DNA of 64,000 bases, taken from positions 83,328,001 through 83,392,000 of the forward strand of contig NC_043000.1 in assembly GCF_006345805.1 (NCBI RefSeq), read 5' to 3'. The first letter of the stretch is position 1. Every line of letters starts with the position of its first letter. Made by a program: the position numbers and the translations under genes. A model generated the notes under the pieces. It was not told the DNA's origin, did not search any database, and was given only the letters and a program-made list of their open reading frames with translations. The DNA comes from Octopus sinensis (lineage: Eukaryota). This document shows positions 14,106 to 27,584 of the stretch, in pieces.

Positions 14106-14329
14106 AATCTCACTAGATTCCAGAATAAAATAAGTATCAGCAATATATTGGGATGGTTACTAAAAATTAGTCATATACCTATGTAAGATGTTCTGTAAAA
14201 TAGCTGCACATGGTTAAAGGTCAGATTATTGTTAGATTTTATTGCGGAAGTTGAATCATTATGAAACATTCAGAGGAGACACTATACAGACTCTGTAAAC
14301 AAAGGCAGATGACAGGGGTACACATGAAT

Positions 14330-14620
14330 GTCAACCTAAAATCAGTGCATTTACAGTTCCATGTGGCTAAAATTTCTACACACACCAATTGGTAAACTAC
14401 AAAGATAGAATGTACTGAGTGACCAGAATGCTGAAGACAATAGTAACAGTTTTAAAAGCAATCTTAGAAAAGGCGAACATAAGGTAAATTACAGCCTACA
14501 ATATTGATGATATTCTAGTAGCTGTAGTAATAGTGACAGTGAAAGCGGTGAGAGGCCATCTCATAAACTATGGATTGACCATAGAGTCATTGGAATTTTT
14601 GGAAGAAAGGCAATGCTGGG
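14330..14620 (+). pseudogene. Possible highly decayed Gypsy-like RT remnant
   Basis: Manual translation gives ...IDDILVA...HLINYGLTIESLEFL, loosely like the YxDD region of LTR-retrotransposon RT. No long ORF; weak. Confidence 0.25.
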
Positions 14621-15229
14621 ACTTGAACAGAATGGGAGGAACTGATCTTCTAGAGGGAGAATAAGATCCTATAGGTGAATCACAAGTAAAGTAAGTAGGC
14701 ACTGATTTCTGTGAGTGGAAAACTAACTGGGCCCTACTTTAAATGCAAAACAGTCACACTGACATTAAATATCATTATTTCCACAATTAAGTCGAAGTCA
14801 TAGAAATCTAAACTAAATGCCCTACCAGGCAGTGTTCAACAGAATGACAACTAAAACTGTATTGCAATCAATTCTACTGATTACATCCATTTCTTATGAG
14901 TTTGTCCAGTGTAAGAAATCTTTATTTTCAAGGTTCAAAATAAATGAATCTATAAGAAAATGATAAAAAAAAGGGTGAGTTGATATAAGGATTACCTATA
15001 AGGTTTAGCAGCTAAAAAGAAATCACTCTATCTACATCAATTTCAAACAGACAATGACCAGCAAATGTTCAACTGAACATAAACCAAATCAGCACCACCA
15101 GCTTCAGGCATCCTATGACAGTCATCAGTTCCACCCCCACCTTCTTCTAATTTAAATTATCAAAAGAAATATATATTCAATATAACCAAAAAACTTAAAC
15201 ATGGAAATTAGCTGAACTAGGATTGTATG

Positions 15230-15480
15230 CTTAGGTGTGGCTGTGAGATAAGAAGTTTGCTTCCCAACCACACAGTTACAGGTTCAGTCCCACTGTGTGA
15301 CACCTTGGGCAAGTGTCTTCTTTTATAGCCTAGGGATGACCAAAGTCTTTTGAGTGGATTTGATAGATGAAAACTGAAAGAAGCCCGTCATGTGAGTGAG
15401 TGGGTGAGTGAGTCAGTAGGTGTGAATGAGTGGGGATGAGTGAGTGAGTGAGAGTGAGTGGGGATGAGTGAGTGAGTGGG
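15230..15480 (+). mobile_element. SINE family A copy whose internal microsatellite is (GTGA)n
   Basis: gataagaagtttgcttcccaaccacacagttacaggttcagtcccactgtgtgacaccttgggcaagtgtc...gaaactgaaagaagcccgtca then a gtga-type repeat at the position where other copies carry (TA)/(TG). Other decayed family A copies at ~5990-6370, 9320-9490, 16010-16120, 18700-19060, 20760-20910, 21590-21760, 24230-24600, 34570-34770, 52060-52220, 62440-62740, 62970-63180. Confidence 0.8.
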
Positions 15481-15806
15481 TTACTGTCTGCTTTCCTTGA
15501 CATTGCATGATAGTTGTTAGTGTGCGTCATGGTCGTACAAGTGGTGTCCTTCATTTCCAATCTTTCAAGACATGTCTAGTCATGGGGAATTATTACCTTA
15601 CTTGGAAACAGGTGAGGGGTTCCATCAAGAAGTTTATTCAACTGAAGAAAATCTGTCTCAACAAATTCCATCCAACCCATACAAGCATAGAAAAATGGAC
15701 GTTAAACACTTATTCTATCAATCTCTTTTTCCGAACTACTAAATTACAGGAACATAAACACATCAGCATCAGTTGTCAAGCAATGGCAGGAGGATGAACA
15801 CAGACT

Positions 15807-15857
<51 letters not shown>

Positions 15858-16289
15858 TTTCAGTGCAAATGGTTTTGTTATATGGCACCGTATTTTACAA
15901 TCCTGTAAATAATAATGGTATTTTTGTATATAAGCTTAAAGCTTATAGCAATCACTGTGCAATGACTAAGGAAAATAGTCTAATAATGGGGTATATAAGT
16001 CCTTGACAGGTTTCTTTCAGTTTCCATTTACCAAATCTACTCACAAGGCTTTGGTCAGTCTGAGGCTATAGTAGACACATGCCCAAGGTGCCACGCAATG
16101 GGACTGAACCCAGAACCATGTTTTTTTTTAACATACACACAAGGTCAGACATCTTTAGGGAGGATGAAGTTGATTAGATTTATCTTGGTACTTATTGTAA
16201 AATTCAGCAAGAATTACAAATGAAGTTGTCCATGGCAGAATTTGACTTAAAATGTAAAATAACACTGTATAACAAAATTCTCTTTTTTT

Positions 16290-16875
16290 TGTCCTTGGTC
16301 AGTGTTATTTCCTATTTGCTTCAATTTAGAAATCAAAGGAAATGATAACTATTCCCTTCAAACTTTACTATTGTGACCTGGACATCAACAAAATGAAACT
16401 GACCTATTTCCATTACATTTCAGACTGATTCAGTACTGAATTGCTGAAACAGAAGTATCATTATAGTAAATATTCTGCTTACTACCACAGATTTGTTTGT
16501 CAGTTGCTTAACCTTAGCCACTAGAGCATGTCCCTTAGTGGCTGACAATATGTGCATCTCTGATCATGAGCAGGTGTAGTGGAGGAACATCATAGCCATG
16601 TGTTGAGAGGGATGCTTTGGGGTTTGAATAAATGTAACAAAAGTAAAGTTTGAAGGAAATATTATCCACTTTTCATACTTTGTAGGGGTAAGCAAATAAG
16701 AAATTACAGTCAAGGACAAAAAATCAGGTCACACGGTGATAATTTGATGGGATTGGTCAAATTGATGTTGACACCTCCAGTGAGAACCCAATAAGGTTTG
16801 AAATTCAGTTAAAGGTGTTCATCATTTCAATAACAGTGGTGCCCCAACAGGGTCACTGCTCTCAAGCTGAAACTA
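16290..16875 (+). mobile_element. Interspersed repeat ending in a CR1-like 3' tail (boundaries approximate)
   Basis: Ends cagtggtgccccaacagggtcactgctctcaagctgaaactag, similar to the LINE 3' end at 46889-46929 (minus). Confidence 0.45.
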
Positions 16876-19063
16876 GTAATGGATAAGAGATATACACCGC
16901 AGTATGGTTTGTCACCTCTATTCCACCATATCTACCATTCACATAGCAATAAAAATGCTTTTTAAGAGTGCTTGGATAAAAAAATAAAATGAATTCATTT
17001 ATTGTCAGAGAATTGGGGACAATACTGAGATTGTTGAGTAGCAGCAAAGAAAGATAAATGTTGAAGACTGAATTTTTCAGTAACAGCATATCAACTCACT
17101 TCTATTTTTAACTACAAACTTTTATGAATTCACTTTTGCCAATGTAAAAACCAGAACCACCACTACTATAAATTTCCCTGGAATGTGGGTCTTACCTTAA
17201 TGATTTCTAATTTGGGTGCCAGACCACACACATCTTTAGGAAAAGGTGGAGGAATCAATGGAACTGATCTTAGAAATTAGAGTGTTTTTTTTTATCTCCT
17301 TCAGCAGAATGAAAGGCAAAGCTGACCAAGGAATATATCATTTCAGTGTAGTGTAGCATTCTGTTTCTGTTCTTGTGTTGCTTAAGTAATACTAATAATT
17401 CCTTCTACTATAGGCAATATTAATCATAATAGTAATAGTACTGGTACACCTAAATACTAGTAGTAGTAGTAGCAGTAGAGCTGAAGATGTGAACAACTGA
17501 ATGTATATTCAGGTCAATCTATAGCAGTGTTAAATGAGAGGAAGGGAAAAAGGAATTGCTCAGTTACAAGTGACAAATCAATAGACAGTGTTGTTATACA
17601 TCTAGGCTAATTTATCTGTTCCTCTCTAAAAACATACCTGTATTAGTTGAAATGAAATATATATAAGTTCATTTTTATGTCCATTTTTACATATATTGGT
17701 TAGATGAATATGTTACAGTCAATCACAATATATAGAATTAGAAATTATTTTATTGACCACTGGAGGTTGATGGTATGATCCCCACCTGTAGACAGATAAA
17801 ACTAAATATTAGAAGACATTTAGTCTAGCATGACATTATATTTACATCTACCACTTTAACAATAGTTAACATTTGTCTCTCTCTGACCTGTTTACATAAG
17901 GAGAAACCTATTTTGTAAGGGGTGGGTACCGTTGATTGAATTAACCTCAGTATACGATTACTATGATTATTGTGGGATGAAAAGTAAATATTGACATCAG
18001 CAGGGTTTGAGCAAAGAACATAGAAATCAAATGCTGTAAGGCATTTGCTCTAGATTTCCATGGTTTCTATGACTTATTTCTAGAAATAAGGATATCTAAT
18101 GTTGGCATGACAGTCTGGCAATAGGGTAATAGGGTACCTAGCTGGTACTCCTTTGAATTGCTAAAGCTAGCAACCAAATCTCTCTAAAATCACAACTGTG
18201 TCTAAGGAAAAAATGGGATGGTCATGGTTGCAATGCTTTTGATCATAGATCTGATCAAATAGGCCTGACCTGGAGCCAAGTAACAGCAGCAAGGAATTAG
18301 ACAATATAAAAAAAAAACAAGAAAATAAATAAGATTTCCAAATGAATACTCAATTGTTCAGTACAATCAGAGCAGGAACAATGTTTGTCAACATTAAGAG
18401 ACAAACAGAAAAGAAATGCCCTGGTATAACATGTTAACCTCAAGTGTATATTTATAGATCACAATTATAGATCTATGATCTAGCAAGCAGCTTCAGTGCA
18501 TTGAATATGCAGTAGTATATATTTATGATAGCTACATTGTGTTTACTTGTCTCTGTGTGTACTTTGTTATTATAGCAATTGCAGGTTTTTAATATAAAGT
18601 ATATTCAATGTTTGATAAAAATGAATACTACAAACTAAATATAACTATGTTTAAATGATATTTAGAAACAAGCATTTTTTTATAATATATACATATATTA
18701 TCTTTATCTTCTACTGGTTTCAGTCATTAGACTGTGACCATAGTGGGATACCTCCTTGAACAAGTTTTAGTTGAATGAATAGACCACAATACTTATTTTT
18801 TAAGCTTGGTACTTATTCCACCAGTCTCTTTTGCTGAGCTGCTAAGTTACGGGGATGTAAACACACCAAAACTGGTTGTCAAGCAGCAGTGGTAGACAAA
18901 CACACAACAGGCTTCTTTCAGTTTCCGTCTATCAAATCTATTCACAAGGTTTTGATCAGTCCAAGGATATAGAAGACACTTGCCCAAAGAGCCAAGCAGT
19001 GGGACTGAACCAAGAACCATGTAGTTGAGAATCAAGCTTCTTACCACCCGGCCATGTCTGTGC

Positions 19064-19110
<47 letters not shown>

Positions 19111-19439
19111 AACATGTGTGTGTGTGTGTGTTGCAAAAGAAACTCTCTGTTGATACAAATGACTTTACCTAAGAACTACAGAAGCCCTCTTGAAGCCATT
19201 ACTTGAAGTAATATTTGAGTGAAACAATTTGACTTAAAAAATGGTCTAGTATTAATCTAAAAAAAGAAAAAAAAACAGCAAGCCTTAGATATGCTAAACA
19301 AAACAGAGGCATTTGTTTATTGGTTATTGCAGCTTAAATCTATAACAAAATGTTGCTTTCAAAGTATATGCCTCCAAACATAACTAGTTCTAAGACTCAA
19401 CCAAAAATGGTTATTCTCCAGGAAGATCAACATTATCAC

Positions 19440-20250
19440 AAATTCTTGCATTACAAAATCTTATTGAAGGCATCAAGGATTAGAACCCAAAATCTGTTAT
19501 ATCACTTGTAGAGTTTAGTGAAGCTTTTAAATCAATCCACAGTCAGACAGATGCAGATCTTCAGGGTATATGGTATCCCAGGCACTTTCAGATACAATCA
19601 ACATTCTCTGTAAAGATGCTATCAATCAGGCTTTATCCCCTGATGGTGGTACGATTTCTTTGAGATCCTGGCAGGAGTACTACAAGATAACACTTGCACC
19701 TTCTCTGTTCGTTGTAGCATTGGGGTTCTCATTGTGAATTGTAACATCAAATGCAAAAGAAACAGGTTTCCAAACAACATCCCCCCCAACCACATATTTT
19801 CCGTAATTATTATTATTATTATTGATACAGATTATACAAATGGTATAGCTTTTAGCTTTAATACTATCAAGAAATCTCAACTAATACAAATTTAGGGAGC
19901 TTCAAAATAGACAGGAGTACACATCAATGGCAATAAGACTGAGTTTATGATTTCCAGTCAAGCAAAAGAATATGTCATCAAAGGATGTAAATTGAAATGT
20001 GTAAATGACTTTGAATATCTGGGATGACAGAAAGCTCAAAGAGAGTAAAGTAAGAACTGAATTGACATGGTCAACAATGAACAAGATAGTCAAAATCTAT
20101 CTTATGTCCTGAAAATAGAATTCTTTAGAGCTACAAGAGAAAGCATATTTGTAAGTGGATCTGATTGCTGAATACTTACAAAAGCAACAGAAGACAGACA
20201 AAATGGAACCAAGATGTTAAGGATGAAGAACATTTCTTGTGGGTAATATT
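19440..20250 (+). mobile_element. Decayed RTE-like LINE RT fragment
   Basis: Manual translation across frameshifts: FFEILAGVLQ(G)...LAP.LFVVAL, HINGNKTEFM, KCVNDFEYLG, WSTMNKIVKIY, FFRATRESIFVSG. No long ORF. Confidence 0.7.
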
Positions 20251-20944
20251 TAAATTTATTTCTAGCTGGCAAGCTGGCAGAATCATTAGCATGCAAAGCA
20301 AAATGCTTAGCAACATTTTGTCTGTCCTTATGTTCTGAGTTCAAATTCTGCTGAGGTCAACTTTGCCTTTCATCCTTTCAGGGTTGAAAAAATAAGTACC
20401 AGTTGAGCACTAGGATCGATGTAATTGACTTATCACTTTCCCTGAAAATGTTGGCCTTGTGCCAAAATTTGAAACCAATATTTAGGTTTACCATTTAAGT
20501 TTATAGAAGCAATGAAAAGATGAAGTTGTAGTTCAATTATTGCTTGGCAGAACTGTTTGTCAGAAAAATGCAGTTTGGTATATATTCTGGCTCTTTATGA
20601 CCTGGGTTCAAATCATGCAAGTGTCCACTTTGCTTTTCATCTCATCAAGGTGGATAAAATAAAGTACCAGTCAGATACTGAGGTTGATGGAATCAACTAA
20701 CATCACCCCTCAAAATTGCTAACCTACACTAGAAGCAGTTATTACTTCAGGAAGTAGGTATGATTATGTGGTTAAGAAGTTTGCTTCCCAACAAGGTTTC
20801 AGGTTCAGTTCCACTGCATGGCACCTTGGGCAAGTGCCTTCTATTATAGCACCAGGCTGACCAAAGCCTTACAAATGAGTTTGGTAGATGCTAACTGAAA
20901 AAATCCTGTCATATGTGTGTGCATGTGTGTGTGTACATACATAC

Positions 20945-20994
<50 letters not shown>

Positions 20995-20996
20995 TA

Positions 20997-21166
20997 CAGG
21001 GTCAGCCCAAGGGTTGCTGGTGCCCTGGGCAAACTGAACTTCAGCATGTACAAGCTGACAGTTATGGAAATTTCCTTGTCTTTGCCATACCCTCCTTCGC
21101 GCCCTGTAGCACATGTTGTGTGCTCTGGGCGACTGTCCAAGTTGCTGGTACCTTGAGCCAGCCCTG
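20997..21166. mobile_element. 170-bp MITE, hAT-like CAGGG termini
   Basis: 5' cagggtcagcccaagg and 3' ccttgagccagccctg are imperfect inverted repeats (12/16). Sits inside a (CA)n/(TG)n tract. Confidence 0.55.
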
Positions 21167-21727
21167 TGTGTGTGTGTGTGTATCTGTATATATATATATA
21201 CACACACATGTGCATGTATTTAAATGTTCTCCAAATATCACAAGCTAAAAGCAGCGACACTATTGTTATTTGCTTTGGCCATTTGAAGATATATGTAAAT
21301 AAGAAAGAAATCCTTCACTCATAAAATAAGTGTTAGATAGCAACAGAAAGGGCATCCTATTATAAAACAATGCCTCAATAATATATTTATTTAACACATG
21401 CTAGCATAGAAAAAAAAATGGATATAAAAATGAATGAATGAATCAGTATTAAAATGGGTGGAACATGCGAAATATGAGCTGTAGTTGCTGGAGAAGGCCC
21501 ACCTTGAAAGAGAATGTGTTGCAGAGATGAGGAAAAACAAGGAAGTGTGGAAGAGATAGGAGTGTGCTTGACATGGCAAGACATATATATTTATACATAA
21601 GAAGCTTGCTTCACAACCACATGGTTCCAGGTTTAGTTCCACTGTGTAGCATCTTGGCAAATGTCTTCTACTAAAGCACAGGGCTAACCAAGCCTTGTGA
21701 GCAGATTGTGTAGATGTAAACTGAATG

Positions 21728-21768
<41 letters not shown>

Positions 21769-22058
21769 CACATATACATATAAATAAAAGTGAGGGCACA
21801 TGATCTAATGGTCAGGGTGTTGCACTCACAATTTAGCAATCGTGATTTCAATTCATAGACCAGATAGTGTGTTGTGTTCTTGAGCAAAACCCTTCATCTC
21901 ACATTGCTGTGATCACTTCGACATCTTGGTTCAGACATCGATTTGACAGAGAGGGTGAGCTAATGGGAGGCACAAACATCTGATCACTATAAACAAATCA
22001 TTTGTACAGGTCATTTGGCAAAAGCTGAAGGTGCATACAATGTCTTCGATGGAAGAGT

Positions 22059-22094
<36 letters not shown>

Positions 22095-22472
22095 CATATA
22101 TATATACACACACACACAAGTGTGTGCCTTTGTGTCTGTGCTTGTTCCCTCACCACTGCCTGACTACTGGTGCTGGTAGTGGTTTAGTGAAAGAGATTGA
22201 TATAATATGTACAAGACTTTAAAATAATAAGTACTGGGGTTGATACATTCAACTAAAAATTCTTCAAGGTGATGCCTCAGCATGGCCGCAGTCTAATGAC
22301 TGAAACAACTAAAAGATAAAAAAGTATTTTTTATAACTTTTCTCTTATCCTAGAGGATTTTAAGTCAATATTTACACATTATTATTTATAGCTTTACCTA
22401 CTTCACATTCTGTGTGTGTGCAAGAGAAATTATATGTACACATATGTTTATACATATCCCCACCACCATATA

Positions 22473-23637
22473 TTGCGTTGACAAGAAAGTAATTTCGGTT
22501 TTTTAGTGTGAAATAAGTCATTTTTTTCACACAAAGAATGAACTTCAATCAATTATATATTTTCCATTTTGTTCAATGACCTTTTGCTACCTTTCTGGCA
22601 ACTTCATGATTCTGCACTCATAGAAAGTCTGGTTTTTGTCAGTCAAAAACTGGAGCAAGTGCAATTTCGGGTCAAAATCATTACTGAAAGTTTTACGATT
22701 CAAAGAATTTTTCAAACTTCAAAATAAATGGTAATCTGATGGTACAAGGTCAGGGCTATATGGTGGATAAGAAATCACCTCCCAACCAAGCTCCAATAAT
22801 TTTTCTTTGATTGCTTCCCCCAGTTTCATTAGTTGCTGACAGTAGACATCTGAATTGATGGAAGCAGCTCAAAATACACAACACCTTTGTAATCCTACCA
22901 AATTGACAGTATGACCTTTTTTTTTTTTAATGCAATTCAGCATTGTGTCAGTTCATTAGGCTTGGACCATGATCGTTTTCGATAAATGTTATTGTAGACA
23001 ATTCATTTTTAATCACCAGTGATGATCCATTACAAAAGATGTCAATTTCATTGTGTTTGAGATGCATATCGCAAATATTGATTCGTTACATTCAAGTGAA
23101 TTTCTTTCAATTTATGTGGAACCCAAAATTCGAGCTTCTTAACGAGTCCAAGACATTTTAAGAGATTTTCAATTATGTGTGATACATTTAACCTCTCTGC
23201 AATCTCTCACAAAGTCATATGACAATCAGATTCAATTATGGCTTTGATTCGGTCATGATCAACTTCAGTAGGTTGACCAGAACGTTGGTCAGCTTTGAGT
23301 GAAAAATCTCCAGAAGAGAATTTTTTGAACCATTTCTGATATGTGCATTCTGTTAAGCAATCAGCACCATAAACTTCACATATCTCTTTGTGAGCCTCAG
23401 CAGCTTTCTTGATGGAAATAAAAAAGCAAAATATGGTGAAAATATTCGTTTTTGCACTCCATGTTAAAATTCACAATGAACTAACAGCTGTAAACAAAAT
23501 TATGTGCAATTTGCTTCTAAAGTAAGTTAAAAGTAATGGCTATCAAATGTGAAATGGAAAAAAATCATAACATTGACAAAAGTCATTCAAAAAAATCTTA
23601 ACACTATTTGCGAAAAATGAAATTACTTTCTTGCCAA

Positions 23638-23642
<5 letters not shown>
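22473..23642 (-). mobile_element. Mariner DNA transposon (decayed, ~1.17 kb) with TIRs and TA target
   Basis: Left tattgcgttgacaagaaagtaatttc and right gaaattactttcttgccaacactata are inverted repeats resembling Hsmar1-type TIRs. Minus strand translates to KLLELGWEVISYPPYSPDLVPSDYHLF*SLKNSL...RIMKLPER*QKVIEQNGKYIID (mariner YSPDL motif). Confidence 0.92.
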
Positions 23643-23680
<38 letters not shown>

Positions 23681-25264
23681 CATTTTTAATGACCAACTTC
23701 TCTACTGGCATGATTGGATGGTCTAACAAGATCAGACAGAGAACTGTGTTGTGTTGCAGTATCAGCTTTAGCATGGGTTCTATAGCTTGATGCCCTACAG
23801 ATTGTACTGGGAGCCTTGTTTTTTTTTCTCTTTATTTTGTGGCAGTAGTACAAGTGGGATTCCATATAACTCACAAGATAATGATCCCTTTCAACTGGAA
23901 TGGAAGTGGGTAATGCTCACTAGAGAGGGTGGATGCTTTATGGAAGATGATGAGCAGTTACAATATGAAAGAATGGGATACAACAGGTTTCTTGTATTAT
24001 ACAAGAATCACAGTAATTAGTGTGGAACTGGAAAGAGAGATAAAGATGGTGTTACTGAGATGTCAGGATGGGCCTTGGGAACAGAAAGGGAGGCTAGAGG
24101 TGGCAAGAGTGTATGGGACGTGTGAGGGTTAGAGATGGTATAGGAGGAGGAGACAATAGTCTGAACAATGAGTAAGGGTTGAAGGGGAACAGTATGTTTA
24201 TACATATTATATATTATACATGCATATATGTGCACACACACACAGTCGAATGAACTGACCCCAGTATTTTTTTCTTTTGCAAGCCTGTTACTATTCTATC
24301 GGTCCCTTCTGGCAAAACTGCTAAGTTACAGGGATGTACACACATCAACATATCCGTTGTCAAGCAGTGGTAGGACACGAACACAAATACAAAGATATAC
24401 ACATACACCCAGAACCACGCTAATAGCTTAGGAGGGATATATATAATGGGCTTCTTTCAGTTTCTGTCTACTCAATCCACTCACAAGGCTTTGGTCCGAC
24501 TGAGGGTCTAGAAGATACTTGCTCAAGGTACCTCTCTGTGGGACTAAACCCGGAACCATGTGATTGGGAAGCAAGGTTCTTACAACAAAGCCACACCTGT
24601 CTTACATTATTTGATGACTGTGTTGTTTAAGAAACATTTTTTAATGATCTAACTTATAATATCCTCCTAGAAAGATGAAGAGCATATTAAAATTTCATTC
24701 GCTTGTCACCCATTTTTAATGAATGGATAACAAGACCATAAGCAAGGTGTGTTATCAAATTTTGGCACAAGGCCAGTAGTTTTTGAGGAGAGGGGTGACT
24801 AGTCGATTACATCGACCAACAGTTCTTGACTGGTACTTATTTCATCAACCCCGAAAGGATGAAAGGCAAAGTCGACCTCGGCAGAATTTGAACTCAGAAC
24901 GTAAAGACACGAAATGCAGTTAAGCATTTTGACTGGCGAGCTAACGGTTCTGCTAGTTGGCCACCTTACGACAACAAAATATCATGGCCAAAAATACAAG
25001 TTTTACATTGTCTATCATAAATTTTTTGACAAAAATATAAACAACTAACTATATAGTTAATCTGAAAGAAGTTGAAATATGTTACTCGTATAACGTAGTT
25101 TATGTATGATAAATTTATGGTTTCATACTCTATTCCATTTATGCTGTCACAGAATTCAGTTTACCTGTACATAATCATACAATTTCTTTACAAAACCATT
25201 TTAACATATCTTTCAATAAGTATATGATGAAACGTCCTAAATTCGTTTCCCCGCTCAAAATGTT

Positions 25265-25470
25265 TGATGAGGTTCGTATGAGTTTAGTAACTAAATCAAT
25301 ATATCCAGCTATTTTACTTTGTTTACTTGTTGCATCTAGTGGACTACAGTTATACTGGGACATAGCCTTCAAGGGCTTTCAGTTAGTTATAATGACCCCC
25401 CACATTTCAGTCTGGTAATAGTTTATCCATCAATATTTGTGCAACCACGATCTCAAAAGAGAGATAAAAG
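25265..25470. repeat. ~205-bp direct repeat, copy 1
   Basis: tgatgaggttcgtatgagtttagtaactaaatc...cacgatctcaaaagagag recurs at 26265-26470 with scattered substitutions (about 90% identical by eye). Confidence 0.92.
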
Positions 25471-25566
25471 ATGATATATAGACACACACACACGTTTATA
25501 CATAAACGTGTGTATATACATATAGGTTTATAAATGCATAAACATTCATGCTAGCATGAGTTAAAC

Positions 25567-25862
25567 CAGTGGTTCTCAACCAGAGTCGATATAAGATTTG
25601 GTGGGTTCACGCAAGCTAAACAGTAACTTGGAGATCCAGAGTAGTAATATTAAAGCTCCCAGAAAAAAATTTACATTAAACGTATTTATTGCAAGAATCA
25701 GTTAGATTTCTTTCTCTGTTGTTTTTCATAGTTCAACCTACACAAGTTAATGTGTGAAAAACAAAATAGGAATTTTGAAAGACAAAAGTCTATAAAACTA
25801 GTTTTTAATTATAGAATAGTAACCAAAGGGGTCAAGAGATGAAAAATGGTTGAGAACCACTG
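25567..25862. mobile_element. hAT (Charlie-like) MITE
   Basis: Perfect 15-bp TIR cagtggttctcaacc / ggttgagaaccactg. 8-bp flanks agttaaac / agttcgac (6/8) fit a hAT TSD. Confidence 0.85.
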
Positions 25863-26264
25863 AGTTCGACGAATATATACTAAAGAAGCATTGCTTTACA
25901 CCTAGATGCCATTCCTGTTGCTAGCCTTTGTGTCTTTTTCAGAAAAGGGGCCTCTTATTCTACACGACTTCGAAATTGCATAGCCAGCAGGTAATTTGTT
26001 GAAAAGGTAATGACAAATTTCATCGCTTGTGGCTCGGTAATTTTTTAGCGGACAGCATACAAGATTAAAACAAACAGATACACCTACACACACGCATGAT
26101 GCTCTTCGTACAGTTCCTGTTTACCAAATTCACTCTAAAGGCATCGGTTCACCCAGGGTCACAGTGTATATATACACATATGCATACACAATACATATAC
26201 ACAAACGCATAGACAATGGCCACAACCCCAATGAATACAATAATTAGAGCCAGTCAGGCTTGCC

Positions 26265-26470
26265 TGATGAGGTTCGTATGAGTTTAGTAACTAAATCAAT
26301 ATATCCAGCTATTTTACTTTGTTTATTTGGTGCAGCTAGTGGACCACAGTTATATTGGGACATAGTCTTAAAGGGCTTTCAGTTAGTTCTAATGACACCC
26401 ACATTTCAGTCTGGTAATAGTTTATCCACCAATATTTGTGCAATCACGATCTCAAAAGAGAGGTAAAAGA
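26265..26470. repeat. ~205-bp direct repeat, copy 2
   Basis: See 25265-25470. Confidence 0.92.
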
Positions 26471-27584
26471 AGAAGACATAAGAAAACTATTGTTTTAGAA
26501 CTGATGTAAACGTAAGCCAAACAGGAATCTCGTGTGTATCTGTGCGTGTGTGTATACGCACATTTGATACACACGGTGCATTGAGTAGCGCAAGAAGACA
26601 AAGCTAATAAAACACATTATATAAACAAATTATATACACATAAGCACACGCGCGCACACACTTGTAAATTATATTCTGCAAGTGTATTTTCATACAAATA
26701 TATTCCGCATACACTATATACATGTATATATATATAAATGAATGTTTATATGCGAATAAAAAGTCGTCAACCTAATGTAAAAGTCGATTCCGTCTTCGGG
26801 GGTTAAAACTCTGGAATTTTCTATTTCCTGTAAATGTCGACCAGTTACTTGGTCAAAGAATAATGAATGTCTAAAAGTTACAAGAAAAAAAAATGAAATT
26901 TCCTCCATTATTATGTATTTGTGGATGTGCAGCGAGTCGGACCATATGGATTTACCAGTATAATTCATTGCAATCATTTTATTTTTACCTTAATACGTTT
27001 AAGAGATCATTCAGAGGTTGCTTATCTTTGCTTTATTAAAAACTTTAGCACCTCTAAAGAGGTCAGCCTCTTATTTAGCTTTAAAAATAGGACCGTAAAA
27101 TATTTAACTTTACGCAAATATAATAGGTATCGTTATAACTTTTACCGTCTTCTTTATTACACACACACAAGTATTCCACAAAATATAAAGAGTGTACCCA
27201 GTATTTGCGACCTCGCGCAACGTTTTGTGACATGTGCCAAATCTTTTCTCATTTCTCTTTCAGTTGTACCGACAGTATAATAAAAGCAGGATCCAATCTG
27301 ACACAGGGATCGTAGAAGTACACTGTGCTGCCTGATTCGGAGGTTGCAGCTTCTCAAAAGTGGCCGGGTCTTTTATGTTCGGGGACCGAGAAAGAACAAG
27401 AGGTCTGTGGCAGAGAAGTTATCGCATATTGATATTTTCGTGTTTCTCTTTTTTATCACGAATATCCAAGTATTAAACTAGTCTCACTTTGAAGGTGAAA
27501 TGTAAGTCTCTGCTACGGTTTATTTATTTTTGTGTCCTGAACAAAACTGACTACCAAAACCGTCGGAAAGCATTCGGTCTTTAA

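Noticed and set aside
27157-27420. First exon of a host gene
   Set aside because: A plus-strand acceptor leads to stops in all frames; the minus-strand ORF has a weak donor and does not join in phase with the 26.8-kb candidate.
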